Assembly (NCBI GenBank): GCA_051313645.2
Contig: JBNRSN020000019.1
Span: 47,182,001 to 47,246,000, forward strand
DNA: 64,000 nucleotides
Direction of reading: 5' to 3'
Origin: Centroscyllium fabricii
Lineage: Eukaryota
Positions 1-12,613 of the stretch are shown here, piece after piece. The translations under genes were made by a program, and so were the position numbers. A model generated the notes under the pieces. It was given only the letters and a program-made list of their open reading frames with translations, searched no databases and was not told the origin of the DNA. The first letter of the stretch is position 1; the number at the start of each line of letters is the position of its first letter.

Positions 1-59
1 ATTTGCACTGTTGAATGAGGAATGATTGTCAGAATCAGTTGCAGTCTTCTCTGATACAG

Positions 60-233
60 GTTCAAAACGAGTTTATCCTGGAGACTGAGCGGGAATCATT
101 CATTGACCAAGTACGGGAAATTATTGAGAAGGCTGATGAAATGCTGAGCGAAGATCCAAGTGGGGAGCCCGAAGGTGATCAAGGCTTGGAGACTGTGAAG
201 GCCCAGGTTGTTGCTTCCTTTAACCAAGCACAG
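60..233 (+). CDS. WNK1: WNK1 coding exon (VQNEFILETERESFIDQVREIIEKADEMLSED...), phase 0-0
   Basis: Acceptor ...gatacag|GTT and donor CAG|gtatgc. Peptide matches recalled human WNK1 ERESFVDQVREIIEKADEMLSED..EPEGDQGLE. Confidence 0.93.
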
Positions 234-573
234 GTATGCTGTGGATTGCTTTACACGTTGTTGGAAAACGCTCAATTAATTCTAACCACCAGTACTGATC
301 TTTCTGTAGAGCCTCACCACCTGAATTTAAAAATTTGGTTCCCTGAGAACTATTTGGTTGACAATTGTAATGTTCTGTGTTGATATTGACTTGACTGAGA
401 TGCAATAGTGAAACTTATTTTTCTCGTCATCACGCCAGTCTGTCCACAAGTCACATCTTTATTCTCATTCACACCAGGTCCTCACACAATTCTCCAGAGT
501 ATGTAGACATGGTATCAGCAGTTGGAATACATGCAAGAATAGTACAAGTTAACTTCTCGCTGTAAACATCATT

Positions 574-1318
574 GGCCCATATTTTCCGATCGGAGGCTTC
601 TTGCGTGCAGAGGACTCCGATCTGGAAAAAATCTACGCCCTTACCTGAGGGCTCCAGAGGTCCGGCCATTTCCGCTCCTGGGCCTTTCCACAACAAAATT
701 CACAGGGCCCACATATCACAGGGGTGCAGGCGGTTCGTAAGCGTCCCTGGGATCACATGGGCCACGGGGAACCAGTGGGAGAAGGGAATATCCCATCATA
801 CTTTTGACAGCTTAGACCTGTCAAAAGTATGAATGGAGATCACTCCAAAAACACATGAAAACATTAAATACATTTTTACAAAATCATGGTTTTATAATTA
901 GTTAAAAGTACACTAAATTAAATATTTTAAACAAGTTTAATTTTTTGAAAAAATTAAGTTTTTTTTACAGAGCTAAAAAATAAACGTACAAAAATTATTT
1001 TTTAATTATAAATGGGGGGGGGGGGGCGGGAATCATTTTTTACTTTTTTTAAACTCAAGTAGGCCTTACGCCTGCTTTGACCAGGCTTAAGATTTTTAAG
1101 GGATTTCAGCAGGCAGAGGTTCTGCAGAAAGCGTAACTCTCCACCCGCAGAGGCCCTTCTCCAGGGCAGGCGTGTGATCTGTCAAGAGGATTCTTGACCG
1201 ATCAGAAGTGTCGGTTTTCAGTGCATCTGCTTCACATGCCTGAAACAGGCACTTGCGAGGTCCCTACGGGTGTGTACACAACTCATACCCGCTCGTAGGG
1301 AGCGGAAATTAACGGGCC
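574..1318. mobile_element. Non-autonomous DNA transposon (MITE), PIF/Harbinger-like
   Basis: Imperfect TIRs GGCCCATATTTTCCG / CGGAAATTAACGGGCC flanked by a 3-bp direct repeat ATT (571-573, 1319-1321). No coding capacity. Confidence 0.55.
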
Positions 1319-2219
1319 ATTGAAAAAGTCTTGTTGAATGCGGTCTTACTTACTGCTGAACAACCTCTCTGGTCCTGAAAAACTAATTTTATAAGTGCAG
1401 AGTGTTATTCTCTCCGTTCCATGATAAAAATTCCATAGATTGTTAAAAAATGTTATAGATTGATATTTCAACTTCTACTGTAATCCCAAATGTATGTCCC
1501 AATCTTTATCTTGGTCCTTGTAAAATGATTACAAAGTGAATGATAATCGTTGCTTTTTACTTCCTAGTTTGCTGTCTGTGAATTATTCAATTTGATTGGC
1601 TGCTCAGCCTGCTTGATTCACTGTTCCTGGATGCCTCGGATCCCCTATAGCTGACGCCAGATTGAAACTGACGACGGAATAGGGGAAATCGACGCCACGG
1701 AACCTGCTAAATCTTTGTGGGCATCTTCGAAGTCAGTGGCGAGCGCCGTCCCTTTGCAGCTGACTGCAAAATCCGTGCTAATGTCAAATCAGGTACAGAA
1801 AGCAAAATAGAGAGAGAGAAAGAATGATTGGATATGAAGCGAGAGAAAATAGTGATCGCGACAAAGTTTTAAAAATATATATACATCTGCAACACCAATT
1901 AAAATCTGAAGAATGAGACTCCACACTTGTGAAAGTGTATTTTCAGTGCTTGAGTCGTCATTTGGCAGTAATTAAGACTTGTAACACCGTTAAAAGGGGC
2001 ACTTAGACTGAAATGGACTAGCCCTAACTTTCTGACGAGTTTAGTCCATATCGATCATGCAAGTACAGGAACTTCTGTTTAAAACATTTGAATGGGGAGC
2101 CAGACAGCGCAATGCCGTTTTCGCGCAGCTTACAGAGGAGCGGCGCATCGCGGGTAGCATAAATAACCGGGAGCGCTGTTGGCCTCACTCTTATTTTGAC
2201 AGTAAGTTCTGTCCATTTG

Positions 2220-2670
2220 TGTCCAACCCTGAGCACCACACTTAAGAAGGCCATCAAGGTCTGAGAGAGGGTACAGTGGAGATTTACCAGAATTATACCA
2301 GTAATGAGGGACTCCAGTTATGTGGAGGGACTAGTGAAACTGGGATTGTTCTTCTTTGAGCAGCGATGGTTAAAGGGAGATTTAAGAGTTTTTTTAAATT
2401 ATGGGGTATTGATATAGTAAATAAGGAGAAACTCCACTGCTGGGTGGGTTGGTAGGTAACCAGAGAACACAGTTCTAAGATAATTGGCAAATGAACCAGC
2501 GGGGAGATGTGATTTTTTTTTTTTACGCAGCTAGTTATGATCTGGAGTGGCTGGAGTAAGCAGATTCAGTTGTAACTTTCAAAAGGGAATTGGATATATA
2601 CTTGAAAAGGAGAAATTTGCAAGGCTAAGGAGAGAGCGGGATTGTGGGACTAACTGGGTATGATTCTATA
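2220..2670 (+). mobile_element. Degenerate CR1 LINE 3' fragment
   Basis: Decayed RT C-terminal sequence (ERVQ.RFTR.IP-like) similar to other CR1 ends in the window. Boundaries approximate. Confidence 0.6.
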
Positions 2671-3038
2671 ATCTCTCCTGATCTCTTGCCCTATCATGCT
2701 CTCACTGATCTTTGCTCTTTCTTCACCCTGATTGCACTCCTGCATCTCCTGCTCGCACTCTTTGCCCCCCCCCCCCCACTACTTCTCCCTCCCGAGAAAG
2801 TGAACAACTTTTTATTAAATGAAATATGTGCCTGAACAAAGTAGTTTTACCTATTTTATGTCGCGACTATCAGAAATAATAAAATATAAAAATTTTGCTG
2901 TTGATATTGGCTACCGTAATTACTTAACCAGTTACTTGCTAGACTAACGCACACTTAAAGAATGAGTTCTCTATGCTTCTTGCTGATGTAGTTCCAAACA
3001 CAAACCTGCTGCAAAACTACCATTTTTTTTCCATCCAG

Positions 3039-3056
3039 AGAGAGGAAGCCAAAAGC
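3039..3056 (+). CDS. Candidate 18-nt WNK1 microexon (REEAKS), phase 0-0
   Basis: Pyrimidine tract ttttttttccatccag| then 18 nt in frame, then |gtaacc (weak donor). Phase fits the flanking exons. No transcript evidence. Confidence 0.3.
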
Positions 3057-3235
3057 GTAACCTTTGTACCTTCACCAGCTTGCACTGTATCAGTGACCAG
3101 TTGAGATGCTAATCAAAAAACTTCCCTCTTTTGGTGTGGAGGTCGTGGCAACCCTGTTGCCTGTTTTGTTATTGCACTCAGTAAATTGAAGTCATTCCAA
3201 CATTACAGCTGCAAATATCTCTAGGCGGTGGTGGG

Positions 3236-3333
3236 CAATGTTCCCCCTTATATTGTTAAAGGGGCCACGTGAAACTTAACATTGAAAAAGCTGATACCGG
3301 GCTGTGTGGCCATGCAGCTTAGAGGTAACATAG
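3236..3333. mobile_element. Short hAT-type MITE
   Basis: TIRs CAATGTTCCCCCTTA / TTAGAGGTAACATAG with 8-bp TSD GTGGTGGG. Same family as 30091 and 37567. Confidence 0.75.
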
Positions 3334-4124
3334 GTGGTGGGTTTGCAATTCTGCTAATTATTTCATTTAGTTCCCTAGCTAAATATCTAAATCTACATCC
3401 TGAATAGCTTGTGTGTTCCTGGAAGTTAACCTCATGTGAACCAAATTTCATGTCATTTGCAACATGTTAACTCAGGAATCCCTTCTTTACCAAGTACGCA
3501 AAAATCTAAAAGGTGACTGTCACACTTCCTGAAATGCTCCTCTGATTCATTGCAAGCAATGCCCAGGGTTATCTGCTAATATAGCTAGGGTTATGGAGGA
3601 TGAACCACATAGTCAAAGAATGACAATCTGTTTTTCAAGTAGATCCATTTTTCAATTTTTTTTTAAAGTGTTAACTGTATATCATATTTGAAATCTTGTA
3701 TTTGTGTGCATTTCCTGTCACACTTCTGACATTTCCCCCCTATTTTAAATTCCTGTTTCTACATTCATAATGCAAAGTGTCTCTAAATTTGCCTTGCTGT
3801 AATTATACCTTGCTATCAGTGCTGGTGTTGTGGTGGATCAGTTTTCATCTCTCATTTCCTCAGCTTGTATTGGAGAGAAATGTGTATACTTCAACCAACT
3901 CATTTCTCTACTTTGCAAATTGCTGTAAGGTTTAATATCTTTCGGTAAAATTTAAGTATATAAAAAGGACAGAATGTATGATTTTAAAATGGAGACGGAG
4001 TTACATCTATACACCCTAATCCTTCCTTCATTACTTTATGTTGTCACGTTCCTTTGATGTGTCAACGTTTTTCAAATTGCAATATCCACATTTTCATTTT
4101 CATTGTCACATCATTGCATTCTCT

Positions 4125-4139
4125 TGCCACTAGGTGGCT
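4125..4139 (+). promoter_or_regulatory. CTCF-like motif
   Basis: TGCCACTAGGTGGCT closely matches the CTCF core CCACYAGRKGGC, in non-repetitive intron. Confidence 0.35.
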
Positions 4140-4618
4140 TCATGGATCAAATTTCTTAACTTTTTCTCAAACTTTTTGTCAAAACTGTGTCACCATCTTA
4201 ATTTGTGTGGTAAGGTTTAAACTTCAGTTCTTTCAATGTTTATTGTATTATTTTGAATCTGCTATATTACATTAATTTCACTTTTTTTCTTGCTACCTTT
4301 TACCCTCTCCGCTCCACTCTCCTGGCCTGCATTTCTGTCTGTTCAGGCCTTGTCGCCCTACCAATACTTCTGTGCCCTCCATGGTCTCAAGATTGCTAGC
4401 CTCTTCTGACCTGCTCAGTCTGCAACTTGCTGACTTCTATGATGGTCTGCCCATGCCCCATTGTGCCCACCTGTTTACTAAGTTGCTCCACCCTCATCTT
4501 CCTCCATCCTGCCTACTGACTTTAATGGGCCTTGGCATCTGCCCTGCATGAATGAGAATAACTAGTAACTGATTAAACAAATGTGGTTCCACTGATGCAC
4601 AATTCATTTTCTGTTCAG

Positions 4619-4676
4619 AATGCAGAGGGCAAGTACACACAACAAGAACCTCTCATATTGGCACCCATTCAGTTAG
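4619..4676 (+). CDS. WNK1: WNK1 coding exon (NAEGKYTQQEPLILAPIQL-G), phase 0-1
   Basis: ttttctgttcag| acceptor and G|gtaagt donor. The 58 nt supply the phase 0 to 1 shift needed between exons at 60 and 6177. Length and position match human KLEGEFKQ...QQIG. Confidence 0.82.
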
Positions 4677-5111
4677 GTAAGTGACATTGTTTCTTGTTTG
4701 AAAGAATTTATTAAAATAATTTAGAAGTTTAGGTAAACTTCATAAATCTGTGGTAATCCAATGTGGACATCATCTTCCATCAACTGGCTGTTCTTTGACA
4801 TTGCTGCCAGTATGCAAGTCCCCCAGTCGTTCAGAACTTAACTGCTTTCAAGAACTTCATAGAATGTCAACTTAAAAAAAAAAAAAAATGCAATTTGAAG
4901 ACTAATCTCATGTTGGAATTCAAATGGACATTACCAAATGACAAAGTGTTGTTCGTTCAGTTTTTACATAATCTGAACTTCAGTGATGGTATTATTGCCA
5001 TGAAATCCCCTTTTGTGAACTGTAATCATGGTCCTACTGTACATCTTTCTTCTAATTTAATATTCATGATCACTTTCCTTTCCCTTTCCTTCCCCACCCA
5101 CAAAACAAATA

Positions 5112-5454
5112 CAAGTCCACAACCTCTTATCCGCAATTCTGAAATTCGAAAAGCTCTGAAAACCGATTTTTCGTGGACCGTCACTCGTGTGCACGACATG
5201 ACCCGAGTTGCGCCAAACATGACCCAACACTGCCGACGCTTGCCCCACGCAGGTGTGAGGCGTCAGTTGTGTCTCAGCGCTGCTACCAGTCACACGTGCT
5301 TCTGCTGCTCTGATATTTTTTGTTACTTATTTTGAGTTTAATTTCACTGTGAAAATGTCAGCTGCAGATACCCCTACCATTCTGAAATCTGAAAAATTCC
5401 GAATTCTGAAACCCACCTGGCCCCAAGGATTTCGGATAAGGGGTTGTGGACCTG
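5112..5454. mobile_element. Tc1/mariner (pogo/Tigger-like) MITE
   Basis: TIRs CAAGTCCACAACCTCTTATCCG / CGGATAAGGGGTTGTGGACCTG with TA on the left. The right TA is displaced by a SINE insertion. Confidence 0.75.
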
Positions 5455-5850
5455 GAAACATAGAAACATAGAAGATAGGAGCAGGAGTAGGCCATTCGGC
5501 CCTTCGAGCCTGCTCCGCCATTCATCGAGACCATGGCTGATCATCCAAACCCAGCACCCCGTCCCTGCCTTGTCCCCCATATCCCTATCGAGCCTGCACC
5601 AACACACATTCCACCCTATCCCCGTAACCCCACATATTTAATCCCCCTAACACTAAGGGTCAATTTATCATGGCCAATCAACCTAACCTGCACATCTTTG
5701 GACTGGGAGGAAACCGGAGCACCCGGAGGAAACCCACGCAGACACGGGGAGAATGTGCAAACTCCACGCAGTCACCCGAGGCCGGATTTGAACCCGGGTC
5801 TCTAGTGCTGTAAGGCAATAGTGCTAACCGCTATGCCACCGTGCCGCCCC
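5455..5850 (-). mobile_element. tRNA-derived V-SINE (HE1-like) with a CR1-type 3' tail
   Basis: On minus strand: A box TGGCATAGCGG, B box GGTTCAAATCC, V-domain GTGGAGTTTGCACATTCTCCCCGTGTCTGCGTGGGTTTCCTCC, tail (TTCTATGT)n. Confidence 0.85.
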
Positions 5851-6176
5851 CACTGTACTGTGATGTGCAACCCTGGTTTAGCTGTGGAGCAATGTTGATG
5901 CCAGCCAGATTCATCAAAGCAAAATTGCATCTTTAAAGTACAATTTGTTGTTGCTATTGAATCTTATAGCCGTTGGTGAAACACAGTCCTGCATGTTTAC
6001 TTTCTGACAGGTTGGATGTCACAACAGAAGGCTTAATGATGGTTGGAAGTCAGTGCATAAATGATGTAAATCTATCTTCCAATAAAGAAAATACTGCCAA
6101 AAAAGGATGAATGGTAATGTAGAGTGATGGAATTGTACTGAAATTGCATTAATGTTTTGTTTGATTATTGGTTTAG

Positions 6177-6311
6177 GTACACAGGCAGGCTCTGCAATGC
6201 AAGTGGTCCATTCTGCTGGAAGACGGTTTATTGTCAGTCCTGTCCCGGAGAGCCGATTACGAGAACCAACTTTAAGTATGGGTGTCACTTCAATTAAAGA
6301 AATTCCAACAG
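6177..6311 (+). CDS. WNK1: WNK1 coding exon with RFIV SPAK/OSR1-docking motif (QVVHSAGRRFIVSPVPESRLRE), phase 1-1
   Basis: tttag|GT acceptor and G|gtatag donor. Near-identical to recalled human VVHSAGRRFIVSPVPESRLRE. Confidence 0.95.
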
Positions 6312-6699
6312 GTATAGTTTGAGATCGGGATTGCAGTATTTTTCCCTTTTTTAATTGCCAGGTATAAGAGCATTTGTGAGGCAATATTCTGGGCAGGAGT
6401 TACTGCAACAGTTAAATTTATCTTTAGCAAATGCAAAATTGCAGTCAGTGACCTAAATATATATCATTCTCCTCTGAAAATGGATATTGTACAAGAGAGT
6501 AATATCCATTCTGAGAGATTCACGCATTGACCTTTTTAAGATGTATACTCACTTTCTTCCAAAATGTTCATTACTTTTATTTCTTCTAAAATGTCCATTT
6601 TAATTGAAGCTATCCAAGAGATTACAATAACTAACGGATACCATGCACTGTCCAATACAAAAGTAAACAAATCTCAAAGGGCAGCTAAAAAAAAAATGG

Positions 6700-9650
6700 G
6701 GCAACTTAGATTGACACTGTTTGCAAGTCAGAGAGGTTGTAATTGTAGGGGTTTCTTTGCTCAGGAAAGTGGATAGTCAGGTGTGCCATAAAGACAGTAC
6801 CTACAAGATGGTGCGTTGTCTACCTGGAACTAGAGAAATCGACATTGAGGAAAAGTTGGAAGGAACAGCTAGGGATCCAACAATGGTAGTTTATATAGGA
6901 TAAATGACTTGGAGAAATAATAGATGGGCCCTAAAAGTCTCATGCAAGAGGATTGCTTCAAAACGGAAAGGTGGGGATTCAACTTAATGTTTCTCTGGTA
7001 TAATTCCAGTATTTGGGAAAGAAGGGGCATTCACCAAGAAAATAGTGACTAGCAATCTGATATGAAAACAACAATGCCGAGTTCATAAATAACTGGGGAA
7101 ACTTTCAGAATGAAAAAGACTGGTGTAGGAGAGATAGGCTGTACCTAAACAAAACAGTTGAAAATCAGAAGAGCCGGGAGGAAACCACATACCAAATTAG
7201 ATGGCTCTTGGGGTAGAAGGTAGTCAGCAGAGGGGACTGGATACAGATAACCAGAGAGAGGTGTACATGAACTAGAGAACAAGAAAAAGCTGAAACTTCG
7301 GGCTATAAGTAAAAGTATTAGAAATAAGATGTCAGAAATGGAGGCGGTTGAGGCAGTAGGGAGCTATGATCGAGCAGGAATATCAGAAACATGACTCAAT
7401 TTAGAGAATGGAAATTACATGGAATTACTGCTTAAAATAAAAAATCACGGTATTGGGGGTAATATTCTGGCATGGATAGAGGATTGGCTATCTAACGGAA
7501 GGCAGAGAGTTGGGATAAATGGGGCATTCTCAGACTAGCAATCGGTAACTAGTGGTGTTCCGCAGAGGTCAGTGCTGGGTCCCCAACTCTTTACAATTTA
7601 TATTAACGATTTGGAGGAGGGGACAGAGTGTAACATATCCAAGTTTGCAGATGATACTAAGATGGGAGGGAAAGTGGTGAATGAGGAGGACATAAAGAAC
7701 CTGCAGGGGGACATAGACAGGCTAAGTCAGTGGGCAGAGATTTGGCAGATGGAGTACAATACGGGAAAGTGTGAGGTTATGCATTTTGGCAGGAAAAATC
7801 GTAGAGCGGATTATTATCTTAATGGCAAGAAACTGGAAAGTACTGCAGTACAAAGGGATCTGGGGGTCCTGGTGCACAAAACTCAAAAGGTTAGTATGCA
7901 GGTGCAGCAAGTAATTAAGAAGGCGAATGGAATGTTGGCTTTCATTGCTAGGGGGATAGAATATAATAATAGGGAGGTATTGCTTCAGTTGTACAAGGTA
8001 TTGGTGAGACCGCACCTGGAATACTGCATGCAGTTTTGGTGTCCATACTTAAGAAAGGACATACTCGCTCTCGAGTCAGTACAAAGAAGGTTCACTCGGT
8101 TAATCCCAGGGATGAAGCGTTGGACATATGAGGAGAGGTTGAGTAGATTGGGACTCTACTCATTGGAGTTCAGAAGAATGAGGGGAGATCTTATTGAAAC
8201 ATATAAGATTGTGAAGGGGTTGGATCGGGTGGATGCGGGGAAGATGTTCCCAATGATAGGTGAAACTAGAACTAGGAGGCATAATCTTAGAATAAAGGGC
8301 TGCTCTTTCAAAACTGAGATGAGGAGAAACTACTTCACTCAGAGGGTGGTTGGTCCATGGAACATGCTGCCCCAAAAAGCTGTAGAAGCTACATCATTAC
8401 ATAAATTTAAAACAGAAATAGACAGTTTCCTAGTAGTAAAAGGGATTAAAGGTTACGGGGAGCGGGCAGGAATTCGGACATGAGTCTAGATTCAGATCGG
8501 TCATGGCCCTGTGGGTAGTGGAGTGGGCCCAAGGACCGTGTAGCCTGATCCTGCTCCTATTTTGTGTGTCGAATTCTGTTAGATGTAGGAGATGCTTCTG
8601 TGATAGTAGGTTGGTTGTTAGGATCAGATCAGCCATGATCTTATTGAATGGCGGGGCGGGCTCGAAGGGCCGGTTAGCCTACTCCTGCTCATATTTCTTA
8701 TGTGCTTATGTTATGTAATATAAGATTCAGGAATATAGTGGTCTGAAAAGACAGTGGACAGAAATGGAGATAGTGTAGCCCTTTATGCCAGGAATATCTG
8801 GGAGGCAAATAGTATTGATTTCTGTGGGAGGGGAAAACTGCAAAAGGAACTTCTGGTTGGTTATCTCTAATATAAAATACTGCAAGTTAACAGTATGCTG
8901 CAGGCTACCAGGTCAGCACAAGGAGAGACCATTTGCTCTATGGAGAGATAGGGTAAGGTTATGGGTGAATAGTTTAATTTTAATAGACTTCAATCAACCA
9001 AATATATATTGGGGAAAATCCAGGGGGTTTATAGGCTGAGTTGGTAAATATAATACCTGATTGTTTTATGACAGTGCATCAAAAAAGTCATGCGAGGTAG
9101 TGCTCAATTTGTTGATGGGTTTGTTGAAGACCCAGACGAAGTACAAGAATTGGAAGTCCTAGCACGCATAGGGATGGTTGGATTGGGGGGGCGGTGGGGA
9201 GCAACCACAGAATGGCATGATCTGGGAGTCAGAAATACCTATAACTAGGAATAAGGTATATAACTTTGAAAGGGCTAACTTTGAAGAAATAAGGGATAAC
9301 TAAAATGAGTGGATATGGGAAGCTGCTCAACAACACGTTGGTAGAAGGTAAATGGAAACGCTTGAAAAGAATAATGCTGTGCTTTCAAGATAAATGCATG
9401 TAATCAATAAGACCAGACTAAACAATAGTGACCCTAAATGGATAAATAAAGAGGAAAATGACCTATATCCTGAAGAAAGGAAGGGGTTCACTGGGATAAA
9501 TGTAAGAACACCTATAAACATTTTAAGAGTGACCAGAGGGGCAGAGAGAACTATATATAAAAAAAAATAGCAGACAGTAAAGATGGTGACAAAAAATATT
9601 TCAGTACCACAGTGGGAAGAGGACAGTCAGAAGAGATGAGAACCTTAAGA
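6700..9650 (+). mobile_element. Old decayed CR1 LINE (ORF1 esterase-like and ORF2 endonuclease remnants), split by a younger CR1
   Basis: ORF 6721-6903 VVIVGVSLLR..MVRCLPG..VVYIG resembles the CR1 ORF1 SGNH esterase. APE-like remnants at ~7300-7420 resume after 8716. Boundaries approximate. Confidence 0.6.
7425..8716 (+). mobile_element. 5'-truncated CR1 LINE, RT C-terminal ORF 7572-8483
   Basis: GPQLFTIYINDL, KFADDTK and RPHLEYC motifs. Composite 3' tail ending ttcttatgtgcttatg. Confidence 0.92.
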
Positions 9651-10029
9651 TGAGCTGCATGTACTTCCTCATGATCATTATTTTGTGATAATATACACTT
9701 GGCTGTATTGAAGTTGTCAAACAGCCATTTTTCGTGATTGCCTAAGTAAATCAGTCAGAAATTCTCCAATTTGATTCGATGTAAATTGAGTTAAAATAAT
9801 AGTTCCATATAGACTCAGACTTGGTGTATATTTATTTATGTTCAGCGAGCAGAAACAATACTTAATGTAAGTGGAAAATAATGACCAGATGCAGACTTTT
9901 GGACTCCCAGATCGAAGACCTGAGTTTGGATTCCAATCTAGACTGGCATTTTCACTCTGGCTTCACCAAAACAAGCAGATTGTTGGTTTTAGTAAATTGT
10001 TTTGGAGAAGAAAGTGAAAATAGATTTTG

Positions 10030-10500
10030 GGTTCAAAGTGGATGACCTCATACACTTCCCCACATTGAACTCCATCTACTACAGTTTTGTCCACTCACTT
10101 AATCTATCAGTGTCCCTTTGTAATCTTCTGCACCCATCTACACTATTTATTTACTGGCCACCTAACTTGATGCCGTCAACAAACTTGGATATATGACTCT
10201 CCATTCCTTCATATTTTTTTTAAAGTGTAAAGTTGCGGTCCCAGTACAGATCTCTAGACACATCCTGCTAATTTGAGTACATACCCATTATCCCTACTTT
10301 CTGTCTCCTAACCAATTCCCTAACCATGTCAGTAGGTTGCCTCATGTTTCCATGCACTCCCATTATTGTTAACGATCTCTTATGTGGAACCTTATCAAAT
10401 GCCTTCTGGAAGTCCATAGAAATAACATCCATAGACACTCCCTTATCTACCACACAAGTGACATCCTCAAAAAATTCAACTAGCTTCATTAGACATGACT
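10030..10500 (-). mobile_element. Degenerate CR1 RT fragment
   Basis: ORF 10268-10489: EFFEDVT..DFQKAFDKVPH. Confidence 0.8.
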
Positions 10501-10759
10501 AAGCCTTAAGAAGAAGCAACAGCGCAGTGAATAAAAAATAGTTATAAGATTTAATTTAAAATGACATTGCTATGCTAAGGATTATTTGTTTGCATTTAGT
10601 ACACTAAATAGCCCACTGATGCAGGTATCAACTTGCTGATGCATGTGGCATTGAAAACTGTTGTTTAAATTGTGGAAAGATTGAAATCACTGTTTTTGGT
10701 TAGAGGCTTTCTGTTGGCAAGTGCTCTTTGTTCTAATTAAAATTATCTTTATTTTACAG

Positions 10760-12198
10760 TTGTTTCTCATAGCCACAATCTAAATCTGTCGCACTCAGCT
10801 TCCTCAGTGAGTTTGCAACAAGCCTTTTCAGATTTAAAGCACAAACCATTTCAAGAGGGTCCTAATACTGCCCCTCCAGTCTTCAACCAAACCATAGCAC
10901 CGTTTACTATGGTACATCCAGAAATTACCAGTATCGGACAAGGAATTCATACACAAACGGCGGTGTCATCCTCCGCACCAGCTAGTTTAATAGCTGCTAG
11001 TTCTGCATCTCCAGCCGTGATGCAGACTATTCAATCACAACCAGCTGAGCTGTTACCTAGTGAAACTGTTGCCAGTGTGATTGTCCCTAGTTCCATATTG
11101 CTGCCTCCAACCTCACAGCCAGCTCAGCAGTCAGTTGGTGGCCCTGCTGCCAGTGTTAGTGTTCCAAATTGTGTATCTCCACCTCGGACCTCCCAGGCAA
11201 GTCAGCAACTAATTGGTGGCCCTATCACAAGTGTTTCAGTTCCAAGCTCGATATCTCCACCACTAATATCGCATGTGGTTCAAAATTTGATTGGAGGAGC
11301 TGCAATCAGTGTAGGAACTACAACTTCTGTTTCCCCATCTTCCACTCAAGCAGTGATATTGCAAGCCCCTCAACAACTTAGTGGTGGAACTGTGGTCAGC
11401 CTGGCAGAATCGTCCACTTCACTGAGTTTGTCACAGGGCCAGACAGAGACTTTGTATAGTTCAACCCAAGCAGAAATCCAGCAGATGGGTGGTAATGGCA
11501 TGACATTGGCAGTCACCACATCACCACCATTATTACAACCTGTTAGTGGCATTCAGACTCCTGTCAGCCAACCCTTTGTGGTGCAAACAATTACTGCACA
11601 AAATGCCACATTACCTCAGACTGCAGGCATTTCTGTGCCACTGGCAACCCAAGTCTCTGTACCTGGCACAGGATCTGCACAACCTGTTTGCAGTATCCCT
11701 TCTGTTCAACAAACACTGATTCATAATCAGCCTCAAACAGCTTTTCTTCCAAATCAACCCCATATTCATTACTCTGAAGTGGACATAGATTTGAACACCA
11801 AAGGCACTGGCATTGATGATATCAAGACCTTGGATGAAAAGCTCCGTTCGTTGTTCAGTGAACATGGTACTGCAGGCTGTACTCACATTTCAGCACCTTC
11901 GGAGATGGGATTGGTTGCAGAGTCTACCACAGTTGATAGTTTGCTCATTACAGGAAAGGTATCTGGTGTCCCCGGGACTTCAGCAACAGTTACTGCCCCA
12001 CCCTACCCAGTAGCTACCACAGGTTCTGTCGTACCTCCTTCCAGTCTACCTCTTGGCCCTACAGGACTTCCATTAACTGTCCAGCAACCTTTGACTCCTG
12101 CCAGTTATGCAGCAGTAGTTGCTTCCATGCCAAGTGTCATCCCAGCTGCAGGACGGCCAGGCACGCCACCATCCAAACCACCACTTGGTAGATTACCG
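10760..12198 (+). CDS. WNK1: WNK1 large S/T/P/Q-rich coding exon, phase 1-0
   Basis: ttttacag| acceptor and CCG|gtaagt donor. Contains NLSHSASSVSLQQAFS, EGPNTAPP, VQQTLIH.QPQ..LPNQPH and GIDDIKTLDEKLRSLFSEH as in WNK1. Confidence 0.95.
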
Positions 12199-12613
12199 GT
12201 AAGTTAACCAAGAGTATATGAAACTATGTGCATAATTTAACCGTGTAAGTGTGAGAATGGAAAACTGCATGAATAATAATGGTTCCGTTTTCAAATATCT
12301 GTCTATTAACGTAATTTCTTCTGGGAGTGAATTAATACAAGAATTTAATATCTAGGACTAGGTTGCAGTGCTGGTCATACTTGCACCAAATCACTCTCTT
12401 TGCTTGATTTACCTTTTTATTTCTTCCCCTTTTCCTCACCTAATAATTCAGTTGTATTCAATAAGGTGGCCACATACACATTTTTCTTTGTGACCTGTAG
12501 CATTCTCTAACAGGATGGCTATGGTTCCCATTGCCGAGTCTGCTATTGGTGCCTTTAAATGGACTATAAGGAAATGTTTGAGTGTCTGATTTTCTTTCAT
12601 TGCATGGTTCCTT

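Noticed and set aside
6011-6113. Possible extra WNK1 exon after tttctgacag
   Set aside because: Stops occur in all three frames before a suitable donor.
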